Shown: positions 21,181 through 30,757 of the stretch, piece after piece
Layout: each line of letters starts with the position of its first letter
How positions within the stretch are numbered: position 1 is the first letter of the stretch
NCBI GenBank assembly: GCA_963801625.1
Contig: CAWDFQ010000010.1
Coordinates: 422,245 to 486,244 of the forward strand
Reading direction: 5' to 3'
DNA length: 64,000 bases
Source: an uncultured delta proteobacterium
GTDB lineage: Bacteria > Myxococcota_A > UBA9160 > PR03
Made by a program: the position numbers and the translations under genes
Notes under the pieces: model-generated
The model's database searches: none
The model's input: the letters and a program-made list of their open reading frames with translations, nothing else
What the model was told of the DNA's origin: nothing

Positions 21181-21198
21181 ACAGTCAAGACTGACTGT
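21181..21198. promoter_or_regulatory. candidate TetR operator (7-4-7 palindrome)
   Basis: acagtca-agac-tgactgt lies 31 nt upstream of the tetR start, in the tetR/qor divergent region. Confidence 0.4.
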
Positions 21199-21229
21199 AA
21201 GTTCACGGTGCAGAACAACCCGACAACGC

Positions 21230-21268
21230 AATAACTTGACGCCCCAATAACTTGACGCCCGGCACCGG
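21230..21268. repeat. intergenic repeat family C, copy 2
   Basis: aataacttgacgcccc followed by aataacttgacgcccggcaccgg. The 23-mer is identical to 10440-10462. Confidence 0.85.
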
Positions 21269-21284
21269 GGGGAGAGGGGGCGAG

Positions 21285-22257
21285 ATGGAACGCGCTGTCG
21301 TGGTCGGGGCGATCGGGGGGGCCGAGGTACTGAAGGTCGCGGAGCGTGACCCGGGGGCGCCGGACGCCGGGCAGACTCCGCATCCGGGTCGCCGCGGCCG
21401 GCGTGAACTTCATCGACGTCTACTTCCGCAGCGGCCTCTACCCGCGCCCGCTGCCCTTCGTCGCGGGACTCGAAGGGGCCGGCCGCGTCGAGGCGATCGG
21501 CCCGGACGTCGCGGGCGTCGCGGTCGGCGATCGCGTCGCGTGGGCGTCGGTGCCCGGTTCGTATGCGGACGTCGTCGTCGCGCCGGCCGCGTCGGTGGTG
21601 CCGGTGCCGGACGCGGTGCCCGACGAGATCGCCGCCGCCGCGATGTTGCAGGGCATGACCGCGCACTATCTGGTGTATGCGATTCGCCCGCCCGAGCCCG
21701 GTGGCACCGCGCTGGTGCACGCAGCCGCGGGCGGCACCGGTCTGCTGCTGGTGCAGCTGCTGAAGGCGGCGGGAATGCGCGTCGTCGGAAGCTGCGGCAG
21801 CGCGGAGAAGGTCGCGTTGGCGCGAGACGCCGGCGCCGATCTCGTCGTGCGTTCCGACGACGCGGACTTCGTCGCCCGCGTGCGCGGCGCGACGGGCGGT
21901 CGCGGCGTCGACGTCGTCTACGACGGCGTCGGTCGCGTCACCTTCGACCGGAGTCTCGCGTGTCTGCGGCCGCGCGGCCTGCTCGCGCTGTTTGGACAGG
22001 CGAGCGGACCGGTGCCGCCCTTCGACCTGCAACGCCTCAACGCAGGCGGCTCGCTGCTGGTGACACGCCCTTCGCTCGCGCATTTCGTCGCGACACGCGA
22101 CGAGCTGCTGATGCGCGCGGGAGCCGTGTTCGGCGCGGTGGCGCAGGGCCGCCTGCACATCAGGATCGGCGCGCGCTTCCCGCTCGCCGACGCGGCCGAC
22201 GCGCACCGCGCCCTCGAAGGTCGCGCGACGACGGGCAAGGTGCTGCTGCTCCCCTGA
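21285..22257 (+). CDS. qor: NADPH:quinone oxidoreductase (zeta-crystallin/Qor family); one inserted base near 21365
   Basis: MERAVVVGAIGGAEVLKV, then a frame change into LRIRVAAAGVNFIDVYFRSGLYP...AAGGTGLLLVQLLK...GRATTGKVLLLP. Confidence 0.85.
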
Positions 22258-22258
22258 G

Positions 22259-23452
22259 CTACACGCGATAGGGAAAGAACCGCTTGAGCTGCAGCGCGGG
22301 CCCTTCGAGCAGCAACCAGCTCGCGCGCGCCAGCGTGTAGCTGACGCCGATTGCGAGCAGCCAGAAGCAGAGCTGCGCGAGGGAGAAGTGCTGCGGATGG
22401 TTTCCGGGTGTAAAGAGGTTCACCGCCAGGATGGCCACGAAGAAGTGGAAGAGATACATCGCGTAGCTGTAGCGCCCGAAGCTGCGGAGCCACTTCATCG
22501 CGAAGCAGCGCGCGCGCCACGAAGCGGCCGGCGCAGTGAGCACTTGGACCAGCAACGCACCGTAGACGCCACAGAGCAGCGAGAAACCGATCGTCTGCAT
22601 CAGCGGATCATTGTTGAGCTCGAGTACCTGTCGGGTAATCGCTTGATTGCCGCTCGCCGCCGGTTGGCCGAGCCGGATCCACGCCTGCAGGGCGGCGAAG
22701 AGTGCGAGCGCGACGGGCAGCACGACGCGCGCCGCCCGCGCCAGCGCCGCGAGGCCGCCCGCGCGCCGCGCCAGGATCGCGATCGCGGCGCCGGTGGCGA
22801 GCGTGTCGAGCCGGCACGGCGTCAGTGTGTAGGCGGCCAGCGGCGACGCGCCGGCCGCGACCAGCGCCGCGCGCAGCAGCAACGCTGCGACGATCGTGCC
22901 GGCGCAGATCTGCAACAGGCGCCGCTCGCTCGCGCACCGCACCACCAGCGGCCACAGCAGGTAGAAATGCTCTTCGATCGCCAGCGACCAGCTGATGTCG
23001 AGCGTCTGGTGCTGCCACGCGCCGCTGAGCGCAGCCTGCACATTCGAGAGGAAGAGCCAATACCAGAACTGTTCGCGACTCGCGCCGGGGTTCCAGAAGG
23101 AGTCGACCGCAGCGAAGAACGGTAGGCGCGGGACCACGAGCAGGAAGAACGCCAGCGTCGTGTAGTAGAGCGGGAAGATGCGCAGCACGCGGCGCGCGTA
23201 GAACGCGCGGTAATAGGTCGTGCCGTCCCGAGCCCCGAGCAGGATGCCGGTGATCAGGAAGCCCGAGAGCACGAAGAAGAGATCGACGCCCGACCAGCCC
23301 ACGGACGGCACGATCGTGAGCGCTGCCTCGAGCTTCGTACGCACCAGTCCGTAGTGCGTCGTGTGGTAGAGCATGACCAGCAGGATCGCGAGACCGCGCA
23401 GCCCGTCGAGGCGCGGGTCGCGCGCTGCGACGGTCGCACCGCCGTGCGTCAC
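22259..23452 (-). CDS. acyltransferase family 3 membrane protein
   Basis: RDPRLDGLRGLAILLVMLYH and VDLFFVLSGFLITGIL motifs, about 10 TM segments. A GTG start at 23452 was chosen; the ORF itself is open to 23791. Confidence 0.75.
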   Translation of the reverse strand: MTHGGATVAARDPRLDGLRGLAILLVMLYHTTHYGLVRTKLEAALTIVPSVGWSGVDLFFVLSGFLITGILLGARDGTTYYRAFYARRVLRIFPLYYTTLAFFLLVVPRLPFFAAVDSFWNPGASREQFWYWLFLSNVQAALSGAWQHQTLDISWSLAIEEHFYLLWPLVVRCASERRLLQICAGTIVAALLLRAALVAAGASPLAAYTLTPCRLDTLATGAAIAILARRAGGLAALARAARVVLPVALALFAALQAWIRLGQPAASGNQAITRQVLELNNDPLMQTIGFSLLCGVYGALLVQVLTAPAASWRARCFAMKWLRSFGRYSYAMYLFHFFVAILAVNLFTPGNHPQHFSLAQLCFWLLAIGVSYTLARASWLLLEGPALQLKRFFPYRV

Positions 23453-23552
23453 TGCATCTTGCGGGCGCGCGCTCAACGGCGTGACCCTCGGCCAGAGGAC
23501 GCGGGAGGATCGCAGGCAGGGGTCGGCGAGTCGAGCGCGCGCGGCCGCTCTG

Positions 23553-24617
23553 CTAGCGCTTCCGACTCGCGCAGCCCTCGACGGGCAGCGCCTCCATCGG
23601 ATAGAGCGGCACGCCTTCCTTCGCGAGTTCGAAGAACTCCGGGCCCATCGGGTTGATGCCGCGGATCGGCATCGAACCGCGGCGGATCGTCCAGTCCTTC
23701 GGAGCGAGTTCGCCAGCGCGCACGAAGTGGCGTTCGGCCGCTTCCGTGCGGCCGTGCCGGTGCAGCCACCACGCGAGCGCGCGGTGCGCACGCGCGAGCT
23801 GCGACTCCGGCGTCGGCAGCAGCTGGTGACTGCGCACCGTCGCCGGATCGAGGGCGCCCTTCCCCTCGCGCACCCAGGTGCGCAGCGCAGCGAGGTACGG
23901 CGCCGAGTGCTTGCCGTGGAACGCGGTGAAGGTGTCGGTGCCGAACTGCGAGTCGTGCGGACGAACGATGCGACCCTGTTCGTCGATCCAGATCATCGTC
24001 GGCACGTTGACGAGGTGGTACAGCTCGGCGACGACGTGCTCGGTGTCGATCACGCTGGGATGCGTCGGAGCGGCGCGCTCGATGTACGGCCGCGCGTCCT
24101 CGGGATCCTTGTCGAGCGCAACGGTAATCGGGACGAAGCCCTGCGAGCCGAGTTCTTCGTACAGCGCCTGCCACACGGGCAGGTCCTCGCGGCAGCCTCA
24201 CCAGGAGGCGTAGGCAATCAACAGCGCCTTCTTGCCGCGATGTTCCGAGAGCGTATGCAGCCGGCCATTGAGATCGGGGAGCGAGAAGTCGGGCGCTTCG
24301 AGCGTGGCGAGGCGCGCACACAGCGAAGCGGCAGACGTACCGAGCGCGGCGGCGCGTTCGGCGACGTCGAGCGCGAGCGGACGATCCTGCGCTCGCGCGA
24401 AGACCGCGAGATCGACGCCGCGCGCGTCGGCGAGCGACGCGCGGTCGCGCACCGGCACGCAGAGGTCCCCCTGGCACAGGCCTTCGGGCTTCAGCTCCCA
24501 GCCGGTGCCGTCGCGCAGCACGTCGGGCGCGACGCGCACGGCACCGCCGTCGACGCTCGCGCGCAGCGGGACCGCGCGGTCGCCGTCGATCAGCGTGAAA
24601 GTTTCGGCGATGGCCAT
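23553..24617 (-). CDS. ResA/TlpA-like thioredoxin-fold protein with in-frame TGA (probable selenocysteine) at 24198-24200
   Basis: ORFs 24198..25319 and 23553..24176 share one frame. Read through, the sequence is LLIAYASW-[TGA]-GCREDLPVWQALYEELG...VNVPTMIWIDEQGRIVRP. The ATG at 24617 follows a ggagga RBS. Confidence 0.65.
24167..24183 (-). promoter_or_regulatory. SECIS-like hairpin downstream of the in-frame UGA
   Basis: The mRNA forms CCUGCC-CGUGU-GGCAGG starting 14 nt after the UGA. The stem is GC-rich and 6 bp, and the loop contains G and U. Confidence 0.4.
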
Positions 24618-24655
24618 GGCGGCTCCTCCGGTTTCGCAAGCTAGCATGGGCCGCA

Positions 24656-25447
24656 ATGCCGACGATCGAACGAGAGGGCGCTGCGCTCTACTACGAGACA
24701 CACGGGAGCGGTCCCGCGGTGGTGTTCGTGCACGGGTCGGGTGGAAATACGCTGTCGTGGTGGCAGCAGATTCCGCACTTCGCGACGCGCCATCGGGTCG
24801 TGGCATTCGATCACCGCGGCTTCGGTCGCTCGAGCTGTGCACCCGAAGCGATCGACCCGCGCCACTTCGCGAGCGACCTCGCGGCAATCCTCGACGCGGC
24901 CGGCGTCCGGCGCGCCGCGCTGGTGTGCCAGTCGATGGGCGGTTGGACGGGACTGCCGTTCGCGATCGCCCACCCCGAGCGCACCGCGGCGCTCGTGCTC
25001 GCGGGCACGCCCGGTGGCGTCGTGACGGAGCGCGTCCGGCGCGACTCCGCCGAGGTGCCGAGGCGCGCCGCCGAGCGCGGCTTCCTCGGCATGGCGCTGG
25101 CGCGCGCCTTCGTCGAACGCGATCCGATGCGCAGCTTCCTCTACGACCGCATCGGCTCGCTGAATCCGCCGGCGACGCTGGGCACCGTGCTGCCGAAGCT
25201 CGCCGCACTGCAAGTCGACCGCGCGCAGCTCGCGGGGTTCCGCGTGCCGACGCTGCTGTTGGTGGGCACCGAGGACGCGTTCTTCTCGGTCGAAGGACTG
25301 CGCGAAGTCGCGGATGCAATCCCGGCCGCGCGACTGCACGTGCTCCCGGGCATCGGCCACTCCGCCTACTTCGAGGAGCCGGAAGCCTTCAACGGGCTCG
25401 TCGAGTCGTTCTTCGAGGAGATCGAGCCATGGGCCTCTTCGTCCTGA
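24656..25447 (+). CDS. alpha/beta hydrolase
   Basis: Intact 263-aa ORF. HGSGGN, nucleophile elbow QSMGG, C-terminal GIGHSAYFEEPE. Confidence 0.85.
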   Translation: MPTIEREGAALYYETHGSGPAVVFVHGSGGNTLSWWQQIPHFATRHRVVAFDHRGFGRSSCAPEAIDPRHFASDLAAILDAAGVRRAALVCQSMGGWTGLPFAIAHPERTAALVLAGTPGGVVTERVRRDSAEVPRRAAERGFLGMALARAFVERDPMRSFLYDRIGSLNPPATLGTVLPKLAALQVDRAQLAGFRVPTLLLVGTEDAFFSVEGLREVADAIPAARLHVLPGIGHSAYFEEPEAFNGLVESFFEEIEPWASSS

Positions 25448-25725
25448 TCGGTCGCGACGGCGCGAGCGGCGCACCACTGCGCAAGCGACACCGCGACGCA
25501 CATCTCGCCAACCTGCGACCGCTCGCCGACGCGGGCCGTGTCGTCTACGCGGGACCGCTGCTCGACGACGCGGAGCAGCCCTGCGGCAGCGTGATCGTGT
25601 TCGAAGCCGAGAGCCTCGACGCCGCCCGCCGCGTCGCCGCGAGCGACCCGTACGTGGTGCACGGCGTCTTCGAGAGCTACGACGTATTCGGCTCGCGCCA
25701 GGTCTTCCCCGGCGCCGGAACGTGA
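25429..25725 (+). CDS. YciI family protein
   Basis: MGLFVLIGRDGASGAPLRKRHRDAHLANL...DPYVVHGVFESYDV. It overlaps the upstream hydrolase by 19 nt. Confidence 0.7.
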   Translation: MGLFVLIGRDGASGAPLRKRHRDAHLANLRPLADAGRVVYAGPLLDDAEQPCGSVIVFEAESLDAARRVAASDPYVVHGVFESYDVFGSRQVFPGAGT

Positions 25726-25739
25726 CGACCAACGGGCTG

Positions 25740-26480
25740 CTAGAGCGTGAGCTGGAGTGACGCCTCGGCCACCACGCGACGGATGCGCCCCAGCTCGACG
25801 TCCGGGATCCCGTGGAAGTGCACACCCATGCCGTGCGGCAGGTTCGCGCGGCGCAGGTTGCCGGGCACGCTCGTGTAGACGACGACCCCGGCGGCGCACA
25901 CCGGACTCGGCCACAAGTCCAGCTCCACCGAGATCGCGGCGCTGCGCATCGACGGGCGCTGCGTGTCGAGATAGACGCCGCCACTCGACAGCGTGTAGAC
26001 GCGCGCCGGCTTGCGGCGCCCCGCCTGGATCACGTGAGCGGGGATGTCGAGCGGAGCGCGCATCTCGGTACGCGAGACTTCCTGCGTGCCGAAGCCCGCG
26101 AGCGCGCGGTTCACCTGGAAGCGCAGCCGCGCATCGTCGATCGGTTCCCAGAGCGCGAGCCGCAGACCGGCCCCGCGGAGTTCGGCGAGCGACTCCTCGC
26201 CGGGGCACGCACCCACGACGACGTACGAGAGACGTCCCTGCGGCGCGCGCGCTGCAAGACTCGCCAGCGCCGCGCCGAGATCGGCGACCGCGAGCTGCGG
26301 AGGAATCAGCGCCGCCGTGACTCGATGGCGGTGTTCCTCGACGATCGCAAACGCTTCCTCGGGCGTCTTGGCGCGCATCGCGCGGTAGCCCATCTTGCGA
26401 ATGCGGTGGGTCAGCGCAGCCCGCGGCGCGTCGCTGCCATCGATGACGAGTACCGTGGACTCGATCGGCATGCTCCCCAC
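25740..26480 (-). CDS. receiver-like domain + PilZ domain protein
   Basis: Intact 246-aa ORF. N-terminal VLVIDGSDAPR... resembles a REC-like fold. C-terminal RxxxR / D-x-S-x-x-G-like block (RKPARVYTLSSGGVYL). Confidence 0.6.
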   Translation of the reverse strand: MGSMPIESTVLVIDGSDAPRAALTHRIRKMGYRAMRAKTPEEAFAIVEEHRHRVTAALIPPQLAVADLGAALASLAARAPQGRLSYVVVGACPGEESLAELRGAGLRLALWEPIDDARLRFQVNRALAGFGTQEVSRTEMRAPLDIPAHVIQAGRRKPARVYTLSSGGVYLDTQRPSMRSAAISVELDLWPSPVCAAGVVVYTSVPGNLRRANLPHGMGVHFHGIPDVELGRIRRVVAEASLQLTL

Positions 26481-26603
26481 TCCCTCTCCTGGGTTTCATC
26501 GGTTGGTCGAGGACCGGGTGTGAGCAGAGGAAGCGAGCGAGCAGGCGCGCGGCAGGACGGGATCGGCGAGACGCGGGCGCTGCGCGCGGGACGCGACAGA
26601 AGG

Positions 26604-27857
26604 CTACGCGGGCGGGTCGATGATCTCGGAGACGACGAGGCCCCGGCCGGGCTCGTCTGCCGCTTCGAGCACCGGCAGCGAGCCGACCATCTTTGCGAGA
26701 TAGCGCTCGGCAGGCGTGGAGAGATCGCGGAATCGCAGCGCGAAGCCGCGCTCGCCGTCGTCGCGCAGGATTTCGGCGTGCACGACGAGAGGCGTCTCGC
26801 CCGCCGTCACGTGGATCGCGAGCTGCAGGACCTGACCGGCGTGGAGATTCGGCGCGCGATCGACGCGCATCCCGCCAACCGAGAGATCGCGCCCGATCAG
26901 CACGCGCGTGGCCTGCTCGCCGAGCGCGACGACGCGGCGACCGGCAAGCGCGTGGCGCTCTGCGCCGCGTCGCTCATCGGCGTCCTGGGGTGTGGCGGTA
27001 TCGGCGACATCGCATGCGGAATCGGGAGCGAACCCTTCGTCGATCTCAGCGGGCGCGCGGGCGACTTCACGGCGCACCGAGCCGGTCACCTTGTAGGTGA
27101 CGGGCTGTGTCGCGCCAGCGTCCGGTGTCGGAACTTCCGGCGGCGCAGCTTGCGCCCGTGCGATGGCCGGCGAAACCAGCTCCTTCGATCCAGCGGCGGG
27201 ACCGTCGAGATGCGCGGCGACCGCCGCCTTGAGGTGCGGGACGAACTCCTTCGCGACCTTGCCGAAGTCGACGCCAAAGCCACGCTCGCCGCCGTCCGTC
27301 GTCATCGTGCGAACGACCGAGCCGCGCAGCGCAAAGCTGCGGCCGTCGGTCGCCGGATCGGGCACCCACACGACGACGCGCTGCCCGACGCGCACCTGAT
27401 GACGCGAGAGCAGCAGACATCCCCGCATCGAGAGATCCGCGAGCGTGCCGTCGCGCTTGAACAGCCCCAGCCGGAAGCGCACCGGCGCTCCAACCGCGAC
27501 GCGCCGGGTGCGTCGCTCGGGACCGCGATAGAGCGCATGCACCAACAACAGCCGCAGCGCCGCCGGATGCACCGGCCGCCGCACCACCAGATCGACGCCC
27601 GAACGCCGCAGCAGCGTGCACAGCGTGCGCGAGTTCCGGTCGAGCACCGCGATGCGCACCGCCTTCGCGCGACCGCCGGCGAGATGTTCGCTCTTGGCGT
27701 AACGCGCGGTCGTGACGAGCACGTCCCACTCGGGTGCAACGCCCGCCTCGACGCCCTCGATGACCTGCACGCCGATCGACGTGGCAAGCGCCTTCACGTC
27801 GGCGAGCTCGCCGTCGTGGATCATCAGGAGTGTGCGATTCGAAGCGTCGAGACCCAC
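26604..27857 (-). CDS. multi-PilZ domain protein
   Basis: Two PilZ-like blocks (RRTRRVAVGAPVRF...DLSMRGCLL and RHALAGRRVVAL...DLSVGGMRV). A GTG start at 27857 after ggag was chosen; an ATG at 27824 is the alternative. The ORF is open to 28808. Confidence 0.6.
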   Translation of the reverse strand: MGLDASNRTLLMIHDGELADVKALATSIGVQVIEGVEAGVAPEWDVLVTTARYAKSEHLAGGRAKAVRIAVLDRNSRTLCTLLRRSGVDLVVRRPVHPAALRLLLVHALYRGPERRTRRVAVGAPVRFRLGLFKRDGTLADLSMRGCLLLSRHQVRVGQRVVVWVPDPATDGRSFALRGSVVRTMTTDGGERGFGVDFGKVAKEFVPHLKAAVAAHLDGPAAGSKELVSPAIARAQAAPPEVPTPDAGATQPVTYKVTGSVRREVARAPAEIDEGFAPDSACDVADTATPQDADERRGAERHALAGRRVVALGEQATRVLIGRDLSVGGMRVDRAPNLHAGQVLQLAIHVTAGETPLVVHAEILRDDGERGFALRFRDLSTPAERYLAKMVGSLPVLEAADEPGRGLVVSEIIDPPA

Positions 27858-28019
27858 GTCGCTCCAGTCTGGACCGGCGGAAGACGACCAGTACGCGTCG
27901 CATCGGCAGCTCCTGCGCGGGTCTGAAGCGACGCGGGCCGGTTCGATCCCCTCAATCGGGGCGGTCGTCTGGTCGATCCGATCCGTCGGACCCAGGGGCG
28001 CGCGGGAAGGGACCCCAAC

Positions 28020-28724
28020 GTGCGAAGACGACTCCTGGCCCCGCTCCTGATTTGCGCGCTGCTTGCGCTTCCCGGCTGCGGGATCGCGAAGGGCGCCGCC
28101 CAGCGCTCGCTCGTCCGCTTCCTCGGCGGCACGGTCGCCGCGATGATCCTCGGCTCCGACGAAGCCGCTGCCGATGACGAGGCGTACGTCGAGCAAGACG
28201 ACACGACCGTCGCCGACGACGAGGGCGGCGGCGCCTTTTTCGGAAACGGCGAAGACGCCAGTGACGACGCGGCCGGCTCCGGCTTCTACAAGGTCGTCGA
28301 AACCAACGGCACCGTGCGCTTCGTCTCGAGTCTCGAGGAAGTACCTGCGGCGCAACGACCAAAGGCCGAGCGCATCGCTTCCCGATCGATCAGCGGCGGG
28401 GGCGACGCGAAGCGCAGCGCTCCGTCGCGTCGCGCTGCGCAGCAGCTCGCGGCCGCGAAGTCTGCGGAGCCGGCGGCGTTCCCCAACGGCGGCCATGAAG
28501 TCGTCGTCTACACCACGTCCTGGTGCGGCTGGTGCAAGAAAACGCTCGCCTGGCTCGACGCGAAAGGCATCGACTACGAGAACCGCGACGTCGAAACGAG
28601 CGCGGCGTGGGCCGAAGAGATGCACGATCTCACCGGCTCGGGTGGCGTCCCGGTGATCGTGATCGACGGCGAGGTAATCAAGGGCTTCAACCAGGCGCAG
28701 ATGGAAAAAATGCTGCGCGGCTAG
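28020..28724 (+). CDS. lipoprotein with C-terminal glutaredoxin domain
   Basis: Lipobox LLALPGC, an acidic low-complexity middle, and VVVYTTSWCGWCKKTLAWLDAKGIDYENRDV...GVPVIVIDGEVIKGF. Confidence 0.8.
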   Translation: MRRRLLAPLLICALLALPGCGIAKGAAQRSLVRFLGGTVAAMILGSDEAAADDEAYVEQDDTTVADDEGGGAFFGNGEDASDDAAGSGFYKVVETNGTVRFVSSLEEVPAAQRPKAERIASRSISGGGDAKRSAPSRRAAQQLAAAKSAEPAAFPNGGHEVVVYTTSWCGWCKKTLAWLDAKGIDYENRDVETSAAWAEEMHDLTGSGGVPVIVIDGEVIKGFNQAQMEKMLRG

Positions 28725-28774
28725 TGATCGTTTCCTGCACGCGGCGCGATTGCGCGGGATGTTTTCGGTAGTCT

Positions 28775-29581
28775 GTGGCGACCACGAGGACGCTGATGCC
28801 GCGAACACGCGTGTTGGAAGCTTTGGAAGACGGCGTGCTGCTGCTCACGCTGAATCGCCCCGAACGGAAGAACGCCTTCGACGAGACGATGTGGCGCGAG
28901 GCACGCGACGCGCTGGCCGACGCGCTGGCCGACGACGCCGTGCGCGCGGTCATCGTGACGGGCGCGGGCGAGGCGTTTTCCGCCGGACAGGATCTCGGTC
29001 AGATGGCTGCCCGACCCGACGACGAACCGCCCGGCTTCCCGGGCTTCATGGACCGCCTCAGCGCTTTCGACAAGCCGCTGCTCGCGGCCGTGAACGGTGT
29101 CGGCGTCGGCATCGGGCTCACCATGCTGCTGCACTGCGACGTGGTCTGGATGGCGGAGCAAGCGCGGCTGCGCGCGCCGTTCGTCCAGCTCGGCGTCGTA
29201 CCCGAAGCGGCGAGCAGCTATCTGCTGCCGCTTCAGTTGGGCCACCAACGCGCGGCGGAGATGCTCTTCGTCGCGGAGTGGATCGATGCGCGACGCGCCG
29301 TCGAACTGGGCATCGCGACGCGCGTGGTGCCGCGCGCGCAGCTGCTCCCCGAGATGCGTGCGCTCGCGATGCGCATCGCGGCGCAGCCGCTCGGTGCGCT
29401 GCGCTGGACCAAGCGGACGTTGCTCGCCGTGCGTGCCGACGGGATCCGCGCGGCGCGCCGCCGCGAAGATGCGGCCTTCGCGGTACGCATCGGCTCCCCG
29501 GAGAATCAGGAGGCGCTGCACGCCTTCTTCGAGAAGCGCCCACCCGACTTCAGGAAGGTGCCGGCAAGCGATCGCGAGTAA
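28775..29581 (+). CDS. enoyl-CoA hydratase/isomerase
   Basis: Intact 268-aa ORF. VIVTGAGEAFSAGQDL and AAVNGVGVGIGLTMLLHCD. Confidence 0.9.
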   Translation: MATTRTLMPRTRVLEALEDGVLLLTLNRPERKNAFDETMWREARDALADALADDAVRAVIVTGAGEAFSAGQDLGQMAARPDDEPPGFPGFMDRLSAFDKPLLAAVNGVGVGIGLTMLLHCDVVWMAEQARLRAPFVQLGVVPEAASSYLLPLQLGHQRAAEMLFVAEWIDARRAVELGIATRVVPRAQLLPEMRALAMRIAAQPLGALRWTKRTLLAVRADGIRAARRREDAAFAVRIGSPENQEALHAFFEKRPPDFRKVPASDRE

Positions 29582-29813
29582 CACGCGGCGCCGGCGAGGT
29601 CGGCGGCTCGACGTCGCCGCCTTCGGTGTCGGGCTCGCAGGGGGCGCGGTGGCGCGCCGCCTTGCAGGGCTTGGGGCTGCGCTGGTGATCGCGGTAGCGA
29701 ATGCCGCAGTCGCGGCACTGGAGATCGGGCCCGAAGCGGTGGCCCTGCGCCGAACTCGGTTGCGGCTCCGCGCCCTGTGGGTCGCGGCGACGCGGCGGGC
29801 GCTCGGGCGTCAT
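29550..29813 (-). CDS. small Cys-containing, Pro/Arg-rich ORF (87 aa), third gene of the TIR-like cassette
   Basis: The ATG lies 1 nt after the TIR-gene stop (aggagATGAgATG). GC3 is about 84% by hand count. It contains LQCRDCGIRYRDHQRSPKPCKAARHRAPC. Its last 10 codons overlap the convergent hydratase gene. The composition also resembles spurious GC-rich ORFs. Confidence 0.35.
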   Translation of the reverse strand: MTPERPPRRRDPQGAEPQPSSAQGHRFGPDLQCRDCGIRYRDHQRSPKPCKAARHRAPCEPDTEGGDVEPPTSPAPRVTRDRLPAPS

Positions 29814-29814
29814 C

Positions 29815-30261
29815 TCATCTCCTGCCGAGCCCGCGCGGCTCGTTTGCCTCGATCTCGCTGCCGGATCGCATTCGCACGGCGGTGTCGATCTGCGACGTGA
29901 TGACGTCCCAGCTCCACGCGTAGAAGTGATCGTTCGCCTTGGCTGCGACGGGCTTGGTGCACGACGCGCTGCGACGGCCCCAGAGCAGCACATAGGGCTT
30001 GCCCTGTTCTTGCACGATGCTGAACTCGCGATTCACGTTCGACGCCGCGACGGTGTGTTCACCACAGATTACGACGACGACGTCCACGCCGTTCATGCGC
30101 CCGCGCAACTTGTCTTCCCAGCCGGAGTGCGGAACTTCCTCCCGCGACCAGTCCTGGACGGAGAGCGTGGAGCCCGGCGCAACGCACTGCTTCGCGAAGA
30201 GGGCATGCAGATCGGCATCGTGCCCGGAGTCGAAACACGCGAAGATGCGGAGCGCCGTCAT
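29815..30261 (-). CDS. TIR-like domain protein (DUF1863 / ThsB-like)
   Basis: LRIFACFDSGHDADLHALF...W(x)nGVDVVVVICGEHTVAASNVNREFSIVQEQGKPYVLLWG matches the family pattern as I recall it: vF.S....D...f...W...i...vivliG..T..s.WV..Ei.....gkp. Confidence 0.55.
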   Translation of the reverse strand: MTALRIFACFDSGHDADLHALFAKQCVAPGSTLSVQDWSREEVPHSGWEDKLRGRMNGVDVVVVICGEHTVAASNVNREFSIVQEQGKPYVLLWGRRSASCTKPVAAKANDHFYAWSWDVITSQIDTAVRMRSGSEIEANEPRGLGRR

Positions 30262-30265
30262 GCCC

Positions 30266-30472
30266 TCACCCCTTGCGGTCTTCGAAGGGATCTCCGGATG
30301 CGCCGCGCGGGAGGCCGTACCCGTCGAGTTCCTCGCGCGTCGCGACGCGCGGGCCAGCGTCGTCGGACCCGCGTTCCGGGCGGCGGGTGCGGTCCTCGCG
30401 TTTGCGGGCAGCTTTCTCGTCGCGCGCCCGCTCGCGGTCGCGCTTCAGCATGGACGGCTTCTTGGCAGCCAC
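30266..30472 (-). CDS. small highly charged protein (68 aa), first gene of the TIR-like cassette
   Basis: GTG follows gaggtg. The product is MAAKKPSMLKRDRERARDEKAARKREDRTRRPERGSDDAGPRVATREELDGYGLPRGASGDPFEDRKG. The stop lies 4 nt before the TIR ATG. The ORF is open up to 30664, but GC3 drops upstream. Confidence 0.4.
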   Translation of the reverse strand: MAAKKPSMLKRDRERARDEKAARKREDRTRRPERGSDDAGPRVATREELDGYGLPRGASGDPFEDRKG

Positions 30473-30757
30473 GGGGCACCTCGACTCGGCAAGGGAAAGC
30501 GTGGAGTTTTCCGCCGAGGGACAGCGCCCAATCGGCGAAATCGACCGCAGACTAGCATTTTCGACGCGGCCGACCCCACGAAGGACCCGAGCTGCGCGCA
30601 GCGTCGTCGCGAGCGACGATTTCGCCGGCTCGCAGCGGCGTCCGTCGGTCTCCGGTCCTGTCATGCCGCGGTAGCCCGGGCTTCATCTGCAGACGAAGTT
30701 CTCCGACGACTCCTCCGTCGAAGCGCGCCCCGTACGCACGAACGCATGGGAGGAGCC

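Noticed and set aside
30273-30674. 133-aa + strand ORF opposite the small basic gene
   Set aside because: Its Ser/Arg-rich translation is antisense to the better-supported minus-strand cassette gene, and it has no RBS.
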